DNA of 63,778 nt, filler included, from Reclinomonas americana ATCC 50394 (lineage: Eukaryota), in NCBI GenBank assembly GCA_048213135.1. It is 10 parts of 10 records of this genome, joined end to end, with 100 filler letters (N's around TTAATTAATTAA, not from the genome) between each part and the next. Parts side by side here need not be neighbours in the genome. Positions count along the whole stretch, not along the records: positions 26,154 to 41,362 come from AFZH01019565.1; positions 41,463 to 56,583 come from AFZH01019566.1; 8 more parts are not named here. One strand, 5' to 3'. The stretch's first letter is position 1. Each line of letters opens with the position of its first letter. A model generated the notes under the pieces. It saw only the letters and a program-made list of their open reading frames with translations. It had not been told where the DNA came from and searched no databases. Position numbers and translations under genes: made by a program. This document shows, piece after piece, positions 36,739 through 50,251 of the stretch.

Positions 36739-39700
36739 TTACACTCTCCACGCTTCCAGCACCGCCATCTCCTCCGGCAGATCGATGAAGGGCTTTTCGA
36801 TGCTGCGGATCATCATGGTGCCACAGAAGATGCACTCGCCAGCCACCATGTCATCCAGTTCGTTGTTGAGACGCACGAGCAGTGACGGACCGCGTCCTAT
36901 CGACGACTCGCCTCCGTCGGCTTCGGCAGACCCTGCACACCAAACACGTCAATTATCGCCAGCACCACTCTTTTGTCGCCACGACACGTGCACGCACCGA
37001 GCATTTGTCGTGACGGAGACGACGGTGTGCTGGGAGGCTGCGTCACATCGCGCTCCTTTTCTCGCTTGATCTGCTTGATGAGCTCGGCAATGCGCTCGCG
37101 CCGTGCTTGTGTGCATGTGCGCAGAATCTATCGTCGACAACAACCACATGAGCAGCTGGGATGTGCACAGCACACCACACAATGCGACACACACCTCATC
37201 CAGCAAAGCCTCGGCCAGGAACACATGGCCGCACGGGAACAGATAGAACGAATGACCAAAGATGGGCTGCTGTGTCAAGTCGCACTTTTGCATCGTGTTC
37301 ACAAAGCCGTATCTGTGCGCCACACGTGTCAGTAGACGAGCACGTCCACGCAGCAATGCGCCAGACTTCCAACCTTGTGCGGAGCTCCTTGATATCGTCG
37401 CGAATCTTGTCGGCAGAATCCGTGGCCTCGTTCATCATGTTGTGCAGCTCGTCAATCTCCTTGTTGTAGTCCCCGAGTGAGCGACAGATCTCCGTCTTGA
37501 ACTGGTCGATGCGGACAAAGTCGGGGAAGAACGGCAAAATGTCCTCGATCTTGAGGATCGGGTTCTCATGCACCAGCTCCACAGCCCTGCAGCCATCGCA
37601 CACATCAGCTCTTTTGCCGCCACCCACAACAAACACAATCTCGACGCAACGCGCTAATGCCCTTGTCACCGTGGTGCGTGATCATGTACTCCGCAATGCG
37701 TCTCCACAGCTTCTTGCGCAGATCCTTTTCGTCCTCCGTCGGGCCCTCGGCGTGCACCTTGGCCAACTCCACATCGTCGATTTGCAACGCCATCTCCACC
37801 GCCTCCTCGTACAACTCCATCATCGAATACAGCATGACACACGCTTCGTACATGCCCTCCTCCTTGCAGCGGTGCAGCGCGTACTTGAGATCAAAGAAGC
37901 AGTCTTGGCTCTGCACCAGCAGCAACAAGCGAGATATTTTTCTTGTCAGCGCATGACTGTGAATCGACAGGAAAAAATGAGACGACGCACATGAATGAAC
38001 GCCTTCAGCTTGTCCGCATCCCTGTCGGCGGCGTACAGCGACAGCAGCAAGTTGTGGATCGACTGGTCCATGTTCGACAAGCGCGTGATGCAATACTCGA
38101 GGTACCGGATGACTTGGTTCGAGGTTTCGTCTTGCAGCTCATTCTGCAGCACGCACAGCAACAAGTCAGTGTGCAATGCGCGCGATTTCTTCACCCACAG
38201 CATAAGTCGTCGCCGCCACTGACCTTGGAGGGATCGTAGCGCATGAGGGCCGGAATGAGCTTGACAGGCTCCAGCCAGTCGTACATTTGCAGCGCGCTGA
38301 CCAGCTCACACGGAATGTTTTCCATCAGCACCGGTGAGAATCGGTAAAACAGATCAGCCACTTGTTCGGGCGCCAGATCCGACTGCGGGGGAAAAGGAGG
38401 GGAGAGGGGCAAGTGTGGGTAAAATCAGTCTGCTTACAACATCTCCCTCTCGAAAGAGGGAGAGAGAGAGATAGATATAGAACGAGTGGCAATCTCTCTC
38501 CCTCCACTGGCAAATGCCCCTTTGCGCCCTGTCCTCATTCCTACCTCTCCCTCTCTGCCTCTCTCTCTCTCTCTCAGTTGGTGAGCGAGACAGAGGGGGA
38601 GAGAGAGATAGAGAAAGAACGAGTGACAATCTCTCTGTTACTTCCCCTGCAAATGTCCCTGTCTGCCGTCTCCTCTTCGCCTTTCACTGTCTTGCACTGT
38701 GCCTTAATCTCCGTCCGTGAAAGAGAGAGAAAGAGAGGGAGAGCGAATGGCAGACTCTGTTGCTACCCGCACAATGCCAGTGTCTGCCTTTCCTCTCTCC
38801 CTCTCTCTCTCTGTTGGTGATGGAGACAGACAAAGAGAGAGAGAGAGAGGCAGTCACTTTTCCTTTCCTTGCGAATGTCCTTGTGTGCCCTATCCTTTCT
38901 CACCTCTCTCTCTCATGCTCTCTCCGTCGGTGAGAGACACACACAGAGAGAGAGAGAGCGAATGACAGCCTCCCATCCTTCCCTTGCAAATGCTCCTCTC
39001 TGTCCTTCCACCCTCCCTCTCTCTTTCCCTCTCCCCCTTCCTCTTCCGCCTTCTCTCCCACGCTCGCATACCTGCATGACTTCATGTTCCAGCACATGCA
39101 GCACTTCCATAAAAGTGCCACGGCTGACGTAGTGGCTCAGCTTGCGCTCATAGTCGCCAATGATGGTGGCAAAGTGCAGCATCTCATCCACACGTCCGTG
39201 CGAGTTGACGAGCGAGAATGTCGTCTCCTTGTCCAGTACGTCCTGCGGGCAACAACAAGGCATTGGTGAGCGCACACGTGAGTCGAATACACTCTCAGAG
39301 GCACACACCCACACACCTTGTAATTCTCCAAAAACTCGCGGAACTCATGGAGCACTTGTGAAAAGCGATCGCGATTGGCCGAACCACCTTCCTCCGCATC
39401 ATCACACTCGTGCAGGTACAACTCGGTGAGCCACGTGCTGAGGCATGTCGCTTGTGTCGCGTCCTGCACGTTTTAACAACGACGGTGAGATTTTGTGGTG
39501 CCGTCGAGACTGTTGAAGGATCACACACACACACACACACCTTGGTGGGATCGTACTTGGAGAGCCGAGTCAACAAAAACGTCTTCAGCGCCTCGGTTTC
39601 GCCGGCACCGACAAACTTGAGCGTGATCTCCTCGAACGGGCGGTCCGTGTCAGCGTACAATTTGGCCGCTTGCTGTTGATTTAATGCCGACGTGTGAGCA

Positions 39701-42306
39701 CCAAGAGAAACGTGCACAGCAGCAGCAGATGTTGCTCCACCAAACCTTGAAGTCGCCCTGCATAAAGTGAAAGTCGGCCTCCACCATGCGCACTTTCTCC
39801 TCCTTTTCCGGATCGCCTTCACAGTGGGCCAACGCATCGGCAAAGAAGCGCGGATTCGGTCGTTCCGAGTCCAACGCCGTCTCCAGATACGCACGCCACA
39901 CGCCGGCCTGCTCGCGGACCACGCGCACCTCAAACACGGACGAGTCGCTAAACATCCACACGTAGCCTGAAGACACGGAGAGGGACTGAGATGGGGATCT
40001 AGTAGCGCGCAAGCAGCAGGGGAAAGGACGCACCCGTCATGCAATCACGAGCCAATCCACGCAGTGTGCCAAATCGTGCACGCTGCTGGAACTCCTCGTC
40101 GTAAACCATGCGCCGACGCAAGTTGGAATCCAGTCGCTCGCCAGTGCGATAGAAAATACTGGCCAGTTGCGGTGGGTTGGAGTACAAGCGCAGGCGATTC
40201 TGCAGAGCAGCTCGTTAGTGCACACGTCGTGGAGAGACAAGCACCGCCAGCCACTCACCTCGTGCAAAATGAAGACCAGATACTCGGAGAGCGCAATCGA
40301 CAGGGGAATCTGTGACGGTGCTCCGCTGGAGTCTTCGTTCACCGGGAACGGCATGAGGCCAAAGTCGGTGAGCACCGAGTCGCCAACTTGCTGCGAGGAA
40401 AACTGCACGCGACCCTGATAGATGCCGACCTCTGCCAAACGAACGCTGTCAGGGCGGAGGGCACAGTGCAATGACGACGCACAGCAAAGACGCACCAGTG
40501 AGCCAGGCAAACGTCTTTGGCACCAGCACGTCCTTGTTGCGCTTCGTGTACAACTCGGAAAACACGTGCAGCTCGCTCGAGGGGATGTTGCCTGAGCGTC
40601 TCGTGTTAGGGAGAGAGATAGAGAGGGAAGAAAATGACAGCCAATGCTCGTACCAGGCAACTCCAGGAAGCTGGGCGACGACCGGTAGTTGTCAAACACA
40701 TTCTCGAACGTGTTCAACCCGACAAACTGGTACAGTCGGCTCGGAGTGGCCGCCAGCACAAACCACTTTTCCGTATCAGCGTCTGCAATGCGACACACAG
40801 ATGATGAGCACGTACATACACGCGGAGTTCTCGTCAATGGACGAGCAAAGCAGTACCTGTGTTGGGGAAGCGTGAAATGTCCATGCCCGTCACTGGTGTT
40901 CGATCGGTGCTGCCGTCCGCGAGGCTGTACAGCATCTTGACGCGCGTCACACCGTCTCGTGCGTCGATACGAGCTTCGTAAATCTGCAGTGGACACGGTG
41001 AGAATGCCGGTATTTCCCATCATGGGGTCGAGACGAGGATGGCGCACCTGTCCCTCATTGGTGCCAAAGAGGAAGTTGCCAGTGTTGGTGGCGGTGCCAT
41101 CTTCGCGGTTCCACGCCACACTGCGGATGATCAGCAGCTGCGCAGAGCATATTCCGCAGTGAGATGCGGTGTTTCATACCGACAAACTGCACGCACAAAC
41201 AAACCTCCTTCTTCTCGATACGACGGATCTTGTTCGGCTGCGACAAGTGCACGTAGTACGACTCCTCGCTCATGAACGACGCAATCATGTGCTGGCCCGT
41301 GGGATCCAGATACACAAAGGCCACCGGTTCGGCTTTCTTCAGCGAGATTTCTGCACACACACNNNNNNNNNNNNNNNNNNNNNNNNNNNNNNNNNNNNNN
41401 NNNNNNTTAATTAATTAANNNNNNNNNNNNNNNNNNNNNNNNNNNNNNNNNNNNNNNNNNNNGTCACCTCATCGTCTCTCAGCGCGCATCACGCAGTCAG
41501 GAACACAAACCTGTGGCCTCGTTGCTGGGAATCTTGTAGTGAATGAGGAAGCCGTCGCGCGTGCCAATCAACAGCACTGATGCGCCACAGTGAGCAGACG
41601 ATAGAGGGGGAGAGCAGGAGAGTGAAGCAGTCACAAAACTGTCAGACGAAGCCACCATGGACTCGATGAAACGATGCCGATCAAGCGCATCAATGTCGTA
41701 CTTGTGGCACGAGACCTGCGGCCGATCACTGGAGCTGCGTGTCGTTGCTGCAGAGGCAAGAAAACACACACGGTCAGAACCGGGCCAGCTCAACTTGCTT
41801 TCCATCGTCCGTCGCACGCAACTCGTCACCGGCACATCGTCGTCCGAGTCGTCCTCGGGGATCGGGATCTGGAATCGCTGCACCGTCGCACCACGCACAG
41901 TGAGTCACGGCGACGAGCAACGAGTTTGCACGGGAGAGGAAACACGCACCGAATCATCCGTCAACAAGTCGCCATACAGACCACCTCTCGTGCCACCCAC
42001 CGGACCCACACTAGCCGCGGCACTCGCCACCGACGCCGGTGGTGCCGCCGCCGACGCACCCCCAGAGCTCGCACCCACACGTGGAGCTACAGCAACAACA
42101 CACAGACACGCACACACAAAGCATTTAAGATCCTCTCTCTGAACACAGAGGAATGCGTGTCACTCACCAATTGCACTCGGACCTGCTGCAGCCGCCGCCG
42201 GAACCGTCGAACCCAACTGAGCACTCGGCGGCCGCCGCGCGCTCACCACCGGCAGTGTCTTGGCCGCCCCATTGCTCTCCTCCAACAGATCCAACAGCGA
42301 TGACAT
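36739..42306 (-). CDS. VPS18: Vacuolar protein sorting 18 (Pep3/Deep orange), spans gap 41363
   Basis: FVYLDPTGQH, LAATPSRLYQFVG, PFEEITLKF, STWLTELYL, KLIPALMRY, FDLKYAL, LKIEDILPFFPDFVRIDQFK, FPCGHVF, ECIFCG. Confidence 0.95.
38470..39050. repeat. Intronic diverged tandem repeat with (AG)n/(CT)n arms in VPS18
   Basis: Recurrent GCAAATG(T/C)CC..TGCCC..CTCTCTC..GTTGGTGA..GAGAGAGAG units about 120 nt apart. Confidence 0.65.
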
Positions 42307-42615
42307 TTCTTCTTCTCTCGCGATCTGCAGAGACCAAGAGCTACACAAACACACACACGTGCAGGGCTGTTGAGCAACCACAACGGGGAGAAGAAGAAGA
42401 AGAAGAGGAAAGAGACGACATGAGCGCGCAATGACGCGCACACACACACACACACTTGCATGCACACAGACGCAGAGAGCAATAACAGTACGTGCGGAGG
42501 GGAGAGACATGCAGCGACTCACCTGCGCGCTGCACACGGGACTGAGCGAGGAAGACAGAGAGGCCCAGAGACACTCGCGCGCGGAATTTCATTCACTCTC
42601 TCCTCAATCACTCTG

Positions 42616-45090
42616 ATGGGGAAGAAGCCGCCTGCTTCCCCTCCCGCCTCCCTCGTCGACGGAACAACTCTGGCACCCTTGCTATGGTTCACTGCCTCAC
42701 TATATGCCTACCTCAGCACACTGCATCGCGGGGTTCCACCCGGTGACAGCGGCGAGCTGATTGTCACTGGTATGCACAAAGTCGCCTTCTGCCCCTCTCC
42801 CTCACTCCCGCCGCCCCACTGACTCCGCCACAGCACAGCACCTGGGCGTGGCGCACCCTCCCGGGTATCCAACACTGACCATGCTCTTTCATGTGGCGAT
42901 TGCAGTCGGGCAGTGGGTGGCGCCCGGCAGTGGCATTGCGTGGCGAGTGAACGTGCTGAACGCGGTGATTGCGGCGGCGAGCAACGCCTGCCTGCATGTG
43001 CTGCTGCGTCGCGTCACACGCAGCGTGTGGGTGGCCGTGCTGGTCACTGGTCTCTTTGCGTGGAGGTGAGTGGAGTTGTCTCTCCGCTTGTCGCTTTTTT
43101 GTCGATGTCTGATCGTCGCACGCAGCCCTTTGACGTGGCAGTATGCTGTGGCTGCCGAGGTGTTTGCGCTGAATAACTTGCTGGTGATCGCTCTGCTGTG
43201 GGCGCTGGTCGTGTTTCTGGATCAGCTGGTGCCGTCGTCGGCGGTGCGCGTGGCGCGTTGGAGTGCCGTGCTGTGCGGCTTTGCCATGACCAATCAGCAC
43301 ACGATTGTGCTGTTTGAGTTGCCGGTTGTGCTCTTTGTGTTGTGGTGTCTGCGGGACGACATTCGTCGTCGCCCGTCGCTGCTGTTGCAGTTTGTTGGCT
43401 GCGTTGCGCTCGGACTGCTTCCGTACGCCTACATGCCGCTCACGTCGATCTTGCACGCTGCGCGGTACACGTGGGGTACGTGCCTTCTCTCGACGCCGCG
43501 CCTTTCCCCACTCACGCGGCATCGGCACAGGTCAGACGGGCACGCTGCAGGGATTCCTGGCGCACTTTCTGCGACGCGATTACGGCACGTTTGCGCTGTC
43601 GAGTATTCCCGGGCAGGCCACTGGCAACCTGCTGGACGGCCTCGTCAAGTTTGCGCTGCACTTCCAGTCGGTGACCTACTGGTGTGGACTGCCACTGGTC
43701 GCCGTCGGCGTGTATGCCATGTGGAAGGCACCGGCGCTCTCGCTGCTGCGCTCGCTTCGCCTGCCGCTCTTGTCGTCGGTCACGCTGTACCTGGTCTTCT
43801 TCCACTGGCGAGCCAACCTGAATCTGTCTGCTGGCCTCTACTACGGTGTCGCCATGCGCTTCTGGATGCAACCGACGGCGGCACTGTTGCTGGTGGCCGC
43901 CATCGGTTTGCACTGGTTGTGGAACAGGTTACAACAGCAGCCTCGTCCCGCCGTGGCACTCCTCCTTGCCGTGGTGCTGGTCGCGATCATGGCGGCGCGC
44001 GTGTGGCCGCTCGTCGACGAGTCGACCAACGACCTTAATGCACGCTACGCTCGGCGCGTGCTCGAACCTCTGCCGGCCGGTGCGATTTTGCTGACCAAGG
44101 GCGACAACGTAGTCAATGTGCTGCGCTACGCCCAGTCGTGCGACGGACTACGACCCGATGTCAGCATAATCGAGCAAGACCTGCTCAAGTATCCGTGGTT
44201 TGTGGCGACGCATGGCACGACACATTTGCCGGACGTGGTGTTCCCCGGGGTGCGATGGTTGCCGCCTCCGAATGGCTTCACGCTGCTCCAATTCCTGGAC
44301 GCCAATACGCCACGTCGGCAAGTGTACGTCGCTGGCCCGTTGCGCGTCGACGACACCACATGGCAGTCGACATATGAACTGCGTTACCAGTTCGATGGCT
44401 TTGCTCGGCGATTCGTGCGTCGCCGTCGTTCTTTATTGTCTCTCGCGGACATGATCCTCATGCCTTTCTGCAGGAGCGGTTAGATCAACCAGACGATCCT
44501 GCCGCGCTGCTGGAGCGGTGCAAGGTGCGGTTGAGATGGAAAAAGAGAGAAGGGGAAGTGATTGTTCACACTGGTCGCTTCACAGAGCACACCAGCGCCC
44601 ATCGACACTCTGGAATTCATGTCACCGCAGCGCTACGGCGACGAGACCTGGGAGGCCAAGATGCACGAAGAGCTGTGCATCGAGCATGTAGACGGCCTGG
44701 CCACGCGACTCATCAAGGTGAGTGGGCGCAGAGCGAGAGAAAGAACGGGCAATGTTGGACTGACACGCTGGCCGACAGGTCGGCATGCAACAACCACTCG
44801 ATTCACCGTTCCGTCGCGATCTGCTGGTGGCCGCCATCGAGCGCCTTCAGCGCGACCTGGACGAGCACCGCGTTCCCTACGTGCTCTCGGCGGTACCGTA
44901 CAAGAACCTCGGCTTGGCGCACAACGAGCTCATTCGCCATCCGCTCGAGTCCGCCAACGCCCTGCAGCACCAACAACAGGCCATTGCTGCGTGGACTCGT
45001 TACCTCGAGTTCTCCGTCAAGTCGGACGAGCAGGATCGAGCTCGGATCCGTGCCGCGCTCGACAGGTGGGCCGTCCTTCGACCATCATGA
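42616..45090 (+). CDS. TMEM260: TMEM260 (DUF2723) membrane glycosyltransferase
   Basis: GDSGELI, LGVAHPPGYP, AEVFALNN, TNQHT, GLLPYAY, HFLRRDYGTFAL, RFWMQP, ILLTKGD, LRPDV. Confidence 0.92.
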
Positions 45091-45180
45091 ATCGTACTCA
45101 ATGGAAGTTAATGCATGCATGCATGGGTCCTGTCCAGCAGCTCGTTTTATTCTGTTGTCTCATCATCATCATTATCGCCA

Positions 45181-46127
45181 ATGGAGTCTGAGTTGGTCGC
45201 CCATCTGCTTGATCCGTGGCTCCTCTTCCCGTTTGTGGGACTGGGCCTGGCACTGGCTATTTCCCGTCGCCACCCCGACTCGGCGCCCCTGTCGCGCACC
45301 GATACGTGGATCGCCAACTGGGCGCTCATCAACGGCATCATCATTCACGGCTTCCTCGATGGGTGAGTGCGTGTGTGCGTGCGTGTGTGTGTGTTTGCTG
45401 ACATGTTCCGACTTTGGCACGCGCGCGCATGCAGTGTCATTGGTCTGCTTGGCCAGATTCCCCTGCTGGCGCGTGAGTATGAGCGCCTTGACAAGCGCTA
45501 CTCGTCTGGCGAGCCGAATGTTGCGTGCGTGTGTGCAAGTTTGTTTTTCCCATGCATTTTCTGTCTGATACATGCAACCAGGTGATGCACATTTCTGCGC
45601 TGGAGCTGCTGGTGTACATGCCACTGTGCGTGTGGTGGTATCGTGCGATCATGAAGCAGCAGCCGATTCGTCACGCGCTCAACTTGGTGGTGTCGAGCAT
45701 TCAGATTTACGGTGCTTGCATGTCAGCGATGAGTGGTTGGGCTTCATGTTTTATCGCACTCATGCACGCATTCTCCATGGATGCAGGCACCGTCATCTTT
45801 GCCGGTGTGGAGACGTATCGCGGCTTCCCCAACATCCCGTGGGACCCGGAGAACCCCTTCTCCGGCTCCACCCTCTTCTACTTCTGGCTGTTCTTCGTGG
45901 TGGCCAACCCGATCTGGTGAGCGCATGCTGTGCTGTGTGCTGCGTGCTGCATGCACACACGCATAACTGACTCGCCGTTGTGCAGGATCATTGTGCCGTT
46001 CCTGTGCATCCTGGACGCCTGGAAGGGCATCCACGTGCTGGGCGCCGCCGCCGCCAGCTCCATCAAGACCAAGACCAGCAACGGTGGTGCCGTCGCCGGC
46101 AAGGTCGAGGCCAAGAAGGATAAGTGA
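45181..46127 (+). CDS. EXPERA family (emopamil-binding protein-like) membrane protein
   Basis: NGIIIHGFLDG, EYERLDKRY, SSIQIYGTVIF, FYFWLFFVVANPIWIIVP, C-terminal KKDK. Confidence 0.85.
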
Positions 46128-46179
46128 GGTCGCATGGTCACCCCACAGTCGACTTCTGCGCATCGTACCCGCAATTGAG

Positions 46180-49146
46180 TCACAAGAGTAGGCGAATGAA
46201 CAAGACGCGACGCTCGCACACCGGCAAGATGACCACGCGCGGTGCAACGTCCTCCAGCAGCACAAACATGGCCTGCGCACAGTGCATCCACAAGTCGTCT
46301 GCGTCGGCTTCGAGTGCCGCAACGAGGGAAGCTGCCACGAGCATCAAGCGTCGGTGGAGCAGGCGTCTGCCGTGCGCGAGTCGATGAATGTGCGGCGCCG
46401 TCACCAACACGCTACACCATATGTGTGCAATGATCCGCCGACACAACTCGCGCTCTGTGTGCACGCGTGCGTAAGTAACAGAGGCTTTCCAACAGCGTGT
46501 CTCCGACACACCTCGACCCGATTGCAGCAAGTCGATCTCCAGCCACGACAAGCTCTGCGGCACGGCCGCGACAGAGCGCAGTCGCTCGCTCAGCTGCGCA
46601 AGCTCGACAACTGTACAGTCTGCGACAAGGGCATCCAGCTGCTCAAGCAGACTGGCTGGAAGAATGCCGATCTGCAATGGTTCATGAGCTCGGGTCGCAA
46701 CAGGCGAAACACGTCGGTCATGTGACACACCAACAGCGGCCTGATGCTTGGCGCATCGGTGCCGGTCTTCACGGAGCACAGTGCAACAGCCACGTCTCCT
46801 ACGCTCATCCGCGACTGTTGTGTGCCACCGGAATGGGCCACCAGTAGTTTCCACAGCGCACTGCGTGGCACACAATGAGAAATCAAGGGCAGTAGTACTA
46901 CTTGTTGGTGCCAGCTCGCACCGCAACGCCGACGCCGTGCGCTGTTTCTCCTCTGCCTCACGACGGGCTTCTGCTTGCCGTCGATTTCGGTGGTACTCCT
47001 CCAACAGCCACCCTGCCGAACCTGGACACGAAGAATGGCGTCAGGCATGTGCATGTACTTCGGAAAATAATATCGATACGAACCGTTCTTCTCTTTCGTT
47101 GACTCGAGTTGCTGCTCCATCTCGCGATCGGCGGTGCGACACAGCATGGCCAGTCGATTTAGTCGGTGAAACCACTGGATCGCAGACGGCAATGAGAATC
47201 GGAGTAGTGAAGCATTTCAGTGACTGGCACGCACAGATCGATGGCGAGCATGGCGACGGATCGCACGGCGGATGCGAGAGACGTGACTCCACACAATCAA
47301 CAACGACGATGATGGTGGTAGATCGTGGTGCGGAACCACGTTCATCGACACGGGTTCTGACCTGCATATGCGATCAGTGACATGCCTTGTCAGCAGAGAA
47401 GAAGAGAGGCGGCTTTGCTCACCACCACGAATCGAGGGACTGACGGAAGCGATTCGTCAGTGCGGCCCTCCACTGACCGACAATTGAGACATCCATGCGA
47501 ATTGTTGTCGTCGAGCTGCATCGAGCGAAGAGCCGTTCCACCACACACAAATCGTGCTCTCCGACAGTAGCGGCAGCAGCAGTGATCGCCGGCCGTCGCG
47601 CATATTCCTGCCCGCTGTCCATCGCCGATGTGGCACGCCACATGCACTCGAGTGCCTGCGTGAACCACACAGTTGACGAGCGACCTCGTCGAACACTGCA
47701 TGTCGATGGCCAAGTCAGTGGGGGACGGGAGCATCCATCATCAGTCAACAGCAACAACGCACTTGGCAAACTGCACGAGGTTGGCAAGTGCCGCGTCCAC
47801 TGCCGTCTGCAAATGTCGTTGAAAACAATCAAAGCCGCCTGCATGCCACCACATGAACACAATGAAGAAAAGCGAACATCTGCCGCACAGCGCACCAATC
47901 TCTTCCAGAGCAATGTAGAGCGCGGCCAGTGGAGCACACACATGATGTTGCAAGTCGACCACAGAGATGCGTTGCAGACGCAGCAAGTGGCTGCATTGAT
48001 GTGGATGAGTGCGCATCGTGGCTGAAGACGAGCGGACACAATCGCTAACCTGAGAAAGTGCCGCCCTGTCGCATCGTCAGCTGCATGACGCTCGGCATAC
48101 TTGGACGCCCATGGTCGCAACCACGCCAGAGATTCGACTGCCTCTGTCACGGCATGCGCGCTGGTGTCGACTGCCAGCGACTCGAGACATGCCAGCAGAT
48201 TTGCCGACCATCCACTGGTTTCATCGATAGAAGCCGGCACCTCAAACATCTGCGCTTTCGATGCCGTGGCCCGTCGACCAACCACCGTGAGACCGGCGGC
48301 CAGACCAGCTCGCAGGCGCTCTGCATCCTTCCATCCACCCTCGTGCAGCGCCTCCACCACCGCCGACAATGGCACCGCCTGCGGACACAGTGCATGCACC
48401 TCCTGACGGTTTGCCGATCAGAACACATCATCGCCAGCGGAAGAGAGAGAGAGACAGAGCGCAACTCGAAAGCACTGCAGCTGCTCCTGCGTCTCATCCA
48501 CTCGCAACAGGAACTGGGTCGGCGCTTGCGGCTGGCGACGCACCACGCCGGCTTTGCCAACACCCGCCAGACCCAGCGACCGACGCTGCGGAACAAAGTG
48601 AGTTGCAAGCTCAACACTGGCAAGCCCTGCAGCGTACCATGGCCAACGATGGTGCCGCAGCTCGCAGCTGAGCCTCGGTCTCGCGAATCATGCCCTCGAC
48701 ATCGCCCAGCGACACGCCAGCCAACGCACGAGTGCGCTGCTCACTGCTGGACGGATCAAAGCGCGTAAACGTCTGCTCTCTGTGCAGCCTGCCGGGTCAA
48801 TCATCGAAGCAACCAACCGTCGAAAGAAGAAGACGCAACGATCGCCGACTGGCCTCGCGCACCACTGCAAACAGCACCTCTGGCAACACTTGCAGCCAGC
48901 ATGCTGTCTCCCACAAGGGCGACGACGATGCCGACAAGTGCATGAACGGGAAGAACAGGATCATCAGTGCCTCCGATGCCTCTTCTGCCTCCTGTGCGCA
49001 TGCATGAGAGAGAGACTGAGAGAGTGGGAGAAGGGGATAGAAGCAACGAACCAGCCATCCACGACGCATGCGCAGTGCTCGACATGTGGAGCACAACTCC
49101 TCTGCCCATGATACCACAGGCACAGGAGCACCATCGCCCATGTCAC
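46180..49146 (-). CDS. Large multi-exon hypothetical protein (boundaries approximate)
   Basis: Successive helical-looking minus-strand ORF segments with plausible GT-AG introns. No family recognised. Confidence 0.4.
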
Positions 49147-49249
49147 ACGACGACGAAGAAAGGGAGGACTTGCGAGGACAACTCATTCCTCGTCGTCGCA
49201 TCTTGTGTGCGCGTGGAGAGACTCCTTCTCTCTCTCCCTCTCTTACAAC

Positions 49250-50073
49250 ATGAGCGTGTCATATGAGGAGTTTGATGCGTTTGTGACGCGCTACTGGTCG
49301 GCGCTGCTGGTCGCCTCCGCAGTGCTCTTCTTCTTGTGCAGCTGGCTCTTTGGCAAGTTCAAGGCGATGCTCTATCGCTTGCGTTCCACACGTTGCGTTA
49401 CTCTCTCTCTCTCTCTCTCTCTGTGACTTCTGTGTGTGCTTCTCTCTCTCACGCATGCACACACGCACGCAGGCTTTGATCGCAACGACCGCCGTGTCAA
49501 GGCCATCTTTGAGCAAAAGCGCGAGCGGCAGCTGGAAGAGGAGGAGGAGCGAGTGCGAGAGCGCTTGCGACAGCAGCAGGAGCGACAGGAGGCCATGAGG
49601 TCGGCCTTTCTCTTCTCTTTCTCTCTCACGCATTCCCTTCGGCATTGACCCTCACTTCTTGCCACAGACAACAGGCAGTGGAGCGCGCCATTCCCAACGT
49701 ACTGCAGGCGCAACAGCGGCGGAGAAGGCTCGGCGGTGGGGCCACAGAGCGAGTTGCGTGCAGTGTGCTGATTCTCTGTCTTTCGTTGTGGAAAGTGATT
49801 GTTCACGCGCCGCTGACAACGCAGCCGCCACGTGTCGAGAGACGCGACGGCGAGAACGACAGTGAGAGTGGCAGTGGCAGTGAGCGCGACGAGTCGCCTC
49901 CGCCACGAGCGCCCGCTCCGCCTCCGGTGTCACGGCCGCCGAACCCCTTCTCCTCGTCGTCCTCCAGCAACAGCCGGGCTTACAACCCGCTGGATGGCGG
50001 TGGCGGATTCCGCACGTACAGGCCCACTCGCCGCTACGGCAATGGTCGGTGCGGTCCGTCTGGATGAGGTTAA
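49250..50073 (+). CDS. SELENOS: Selenoprotein S (VIMP) with penultimate selenocysteine (TGA 50065-50067)
   Basis: N-terminal TM, coiled coil, then YNPLDGGGG..YRPTRR...SG-TGA-GGT-TAA, matching the SelS C-terminus (YNPL.G.GGG...G-U-G). SECIS downstream. Confidence 0.88.
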
Positions 50074-50124
50074 GCCGGCAGGCGGGAGAGTGTTCCCGTC
50101 TGCGCCGTGTTGATAGCTTCTGTT

Positions 50125-50213
50125 TGTGTCGACCTCTATCTTGCGTGTGACGGGTGGAGCTTGAATTGGAAACCACCATCGTGTGGGCCGCTTCCACCCT
50201 GATGTGCGACACA
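50125..50213 (+). promoter_or_regulatory. SECIS element (GTGA core variant)
   Basis: GTGAC (50147) and TGAT (50200) core; helix II GGGTGGAGC/GCTTCCACCC; apical A's; outer pairing GTGTCG/CGACAC. Confidence 0.82.
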
Positions 50214-50251
50214 TTGAAGACGAGGCTACTATGGAGAGGCCCCCTATGTTT

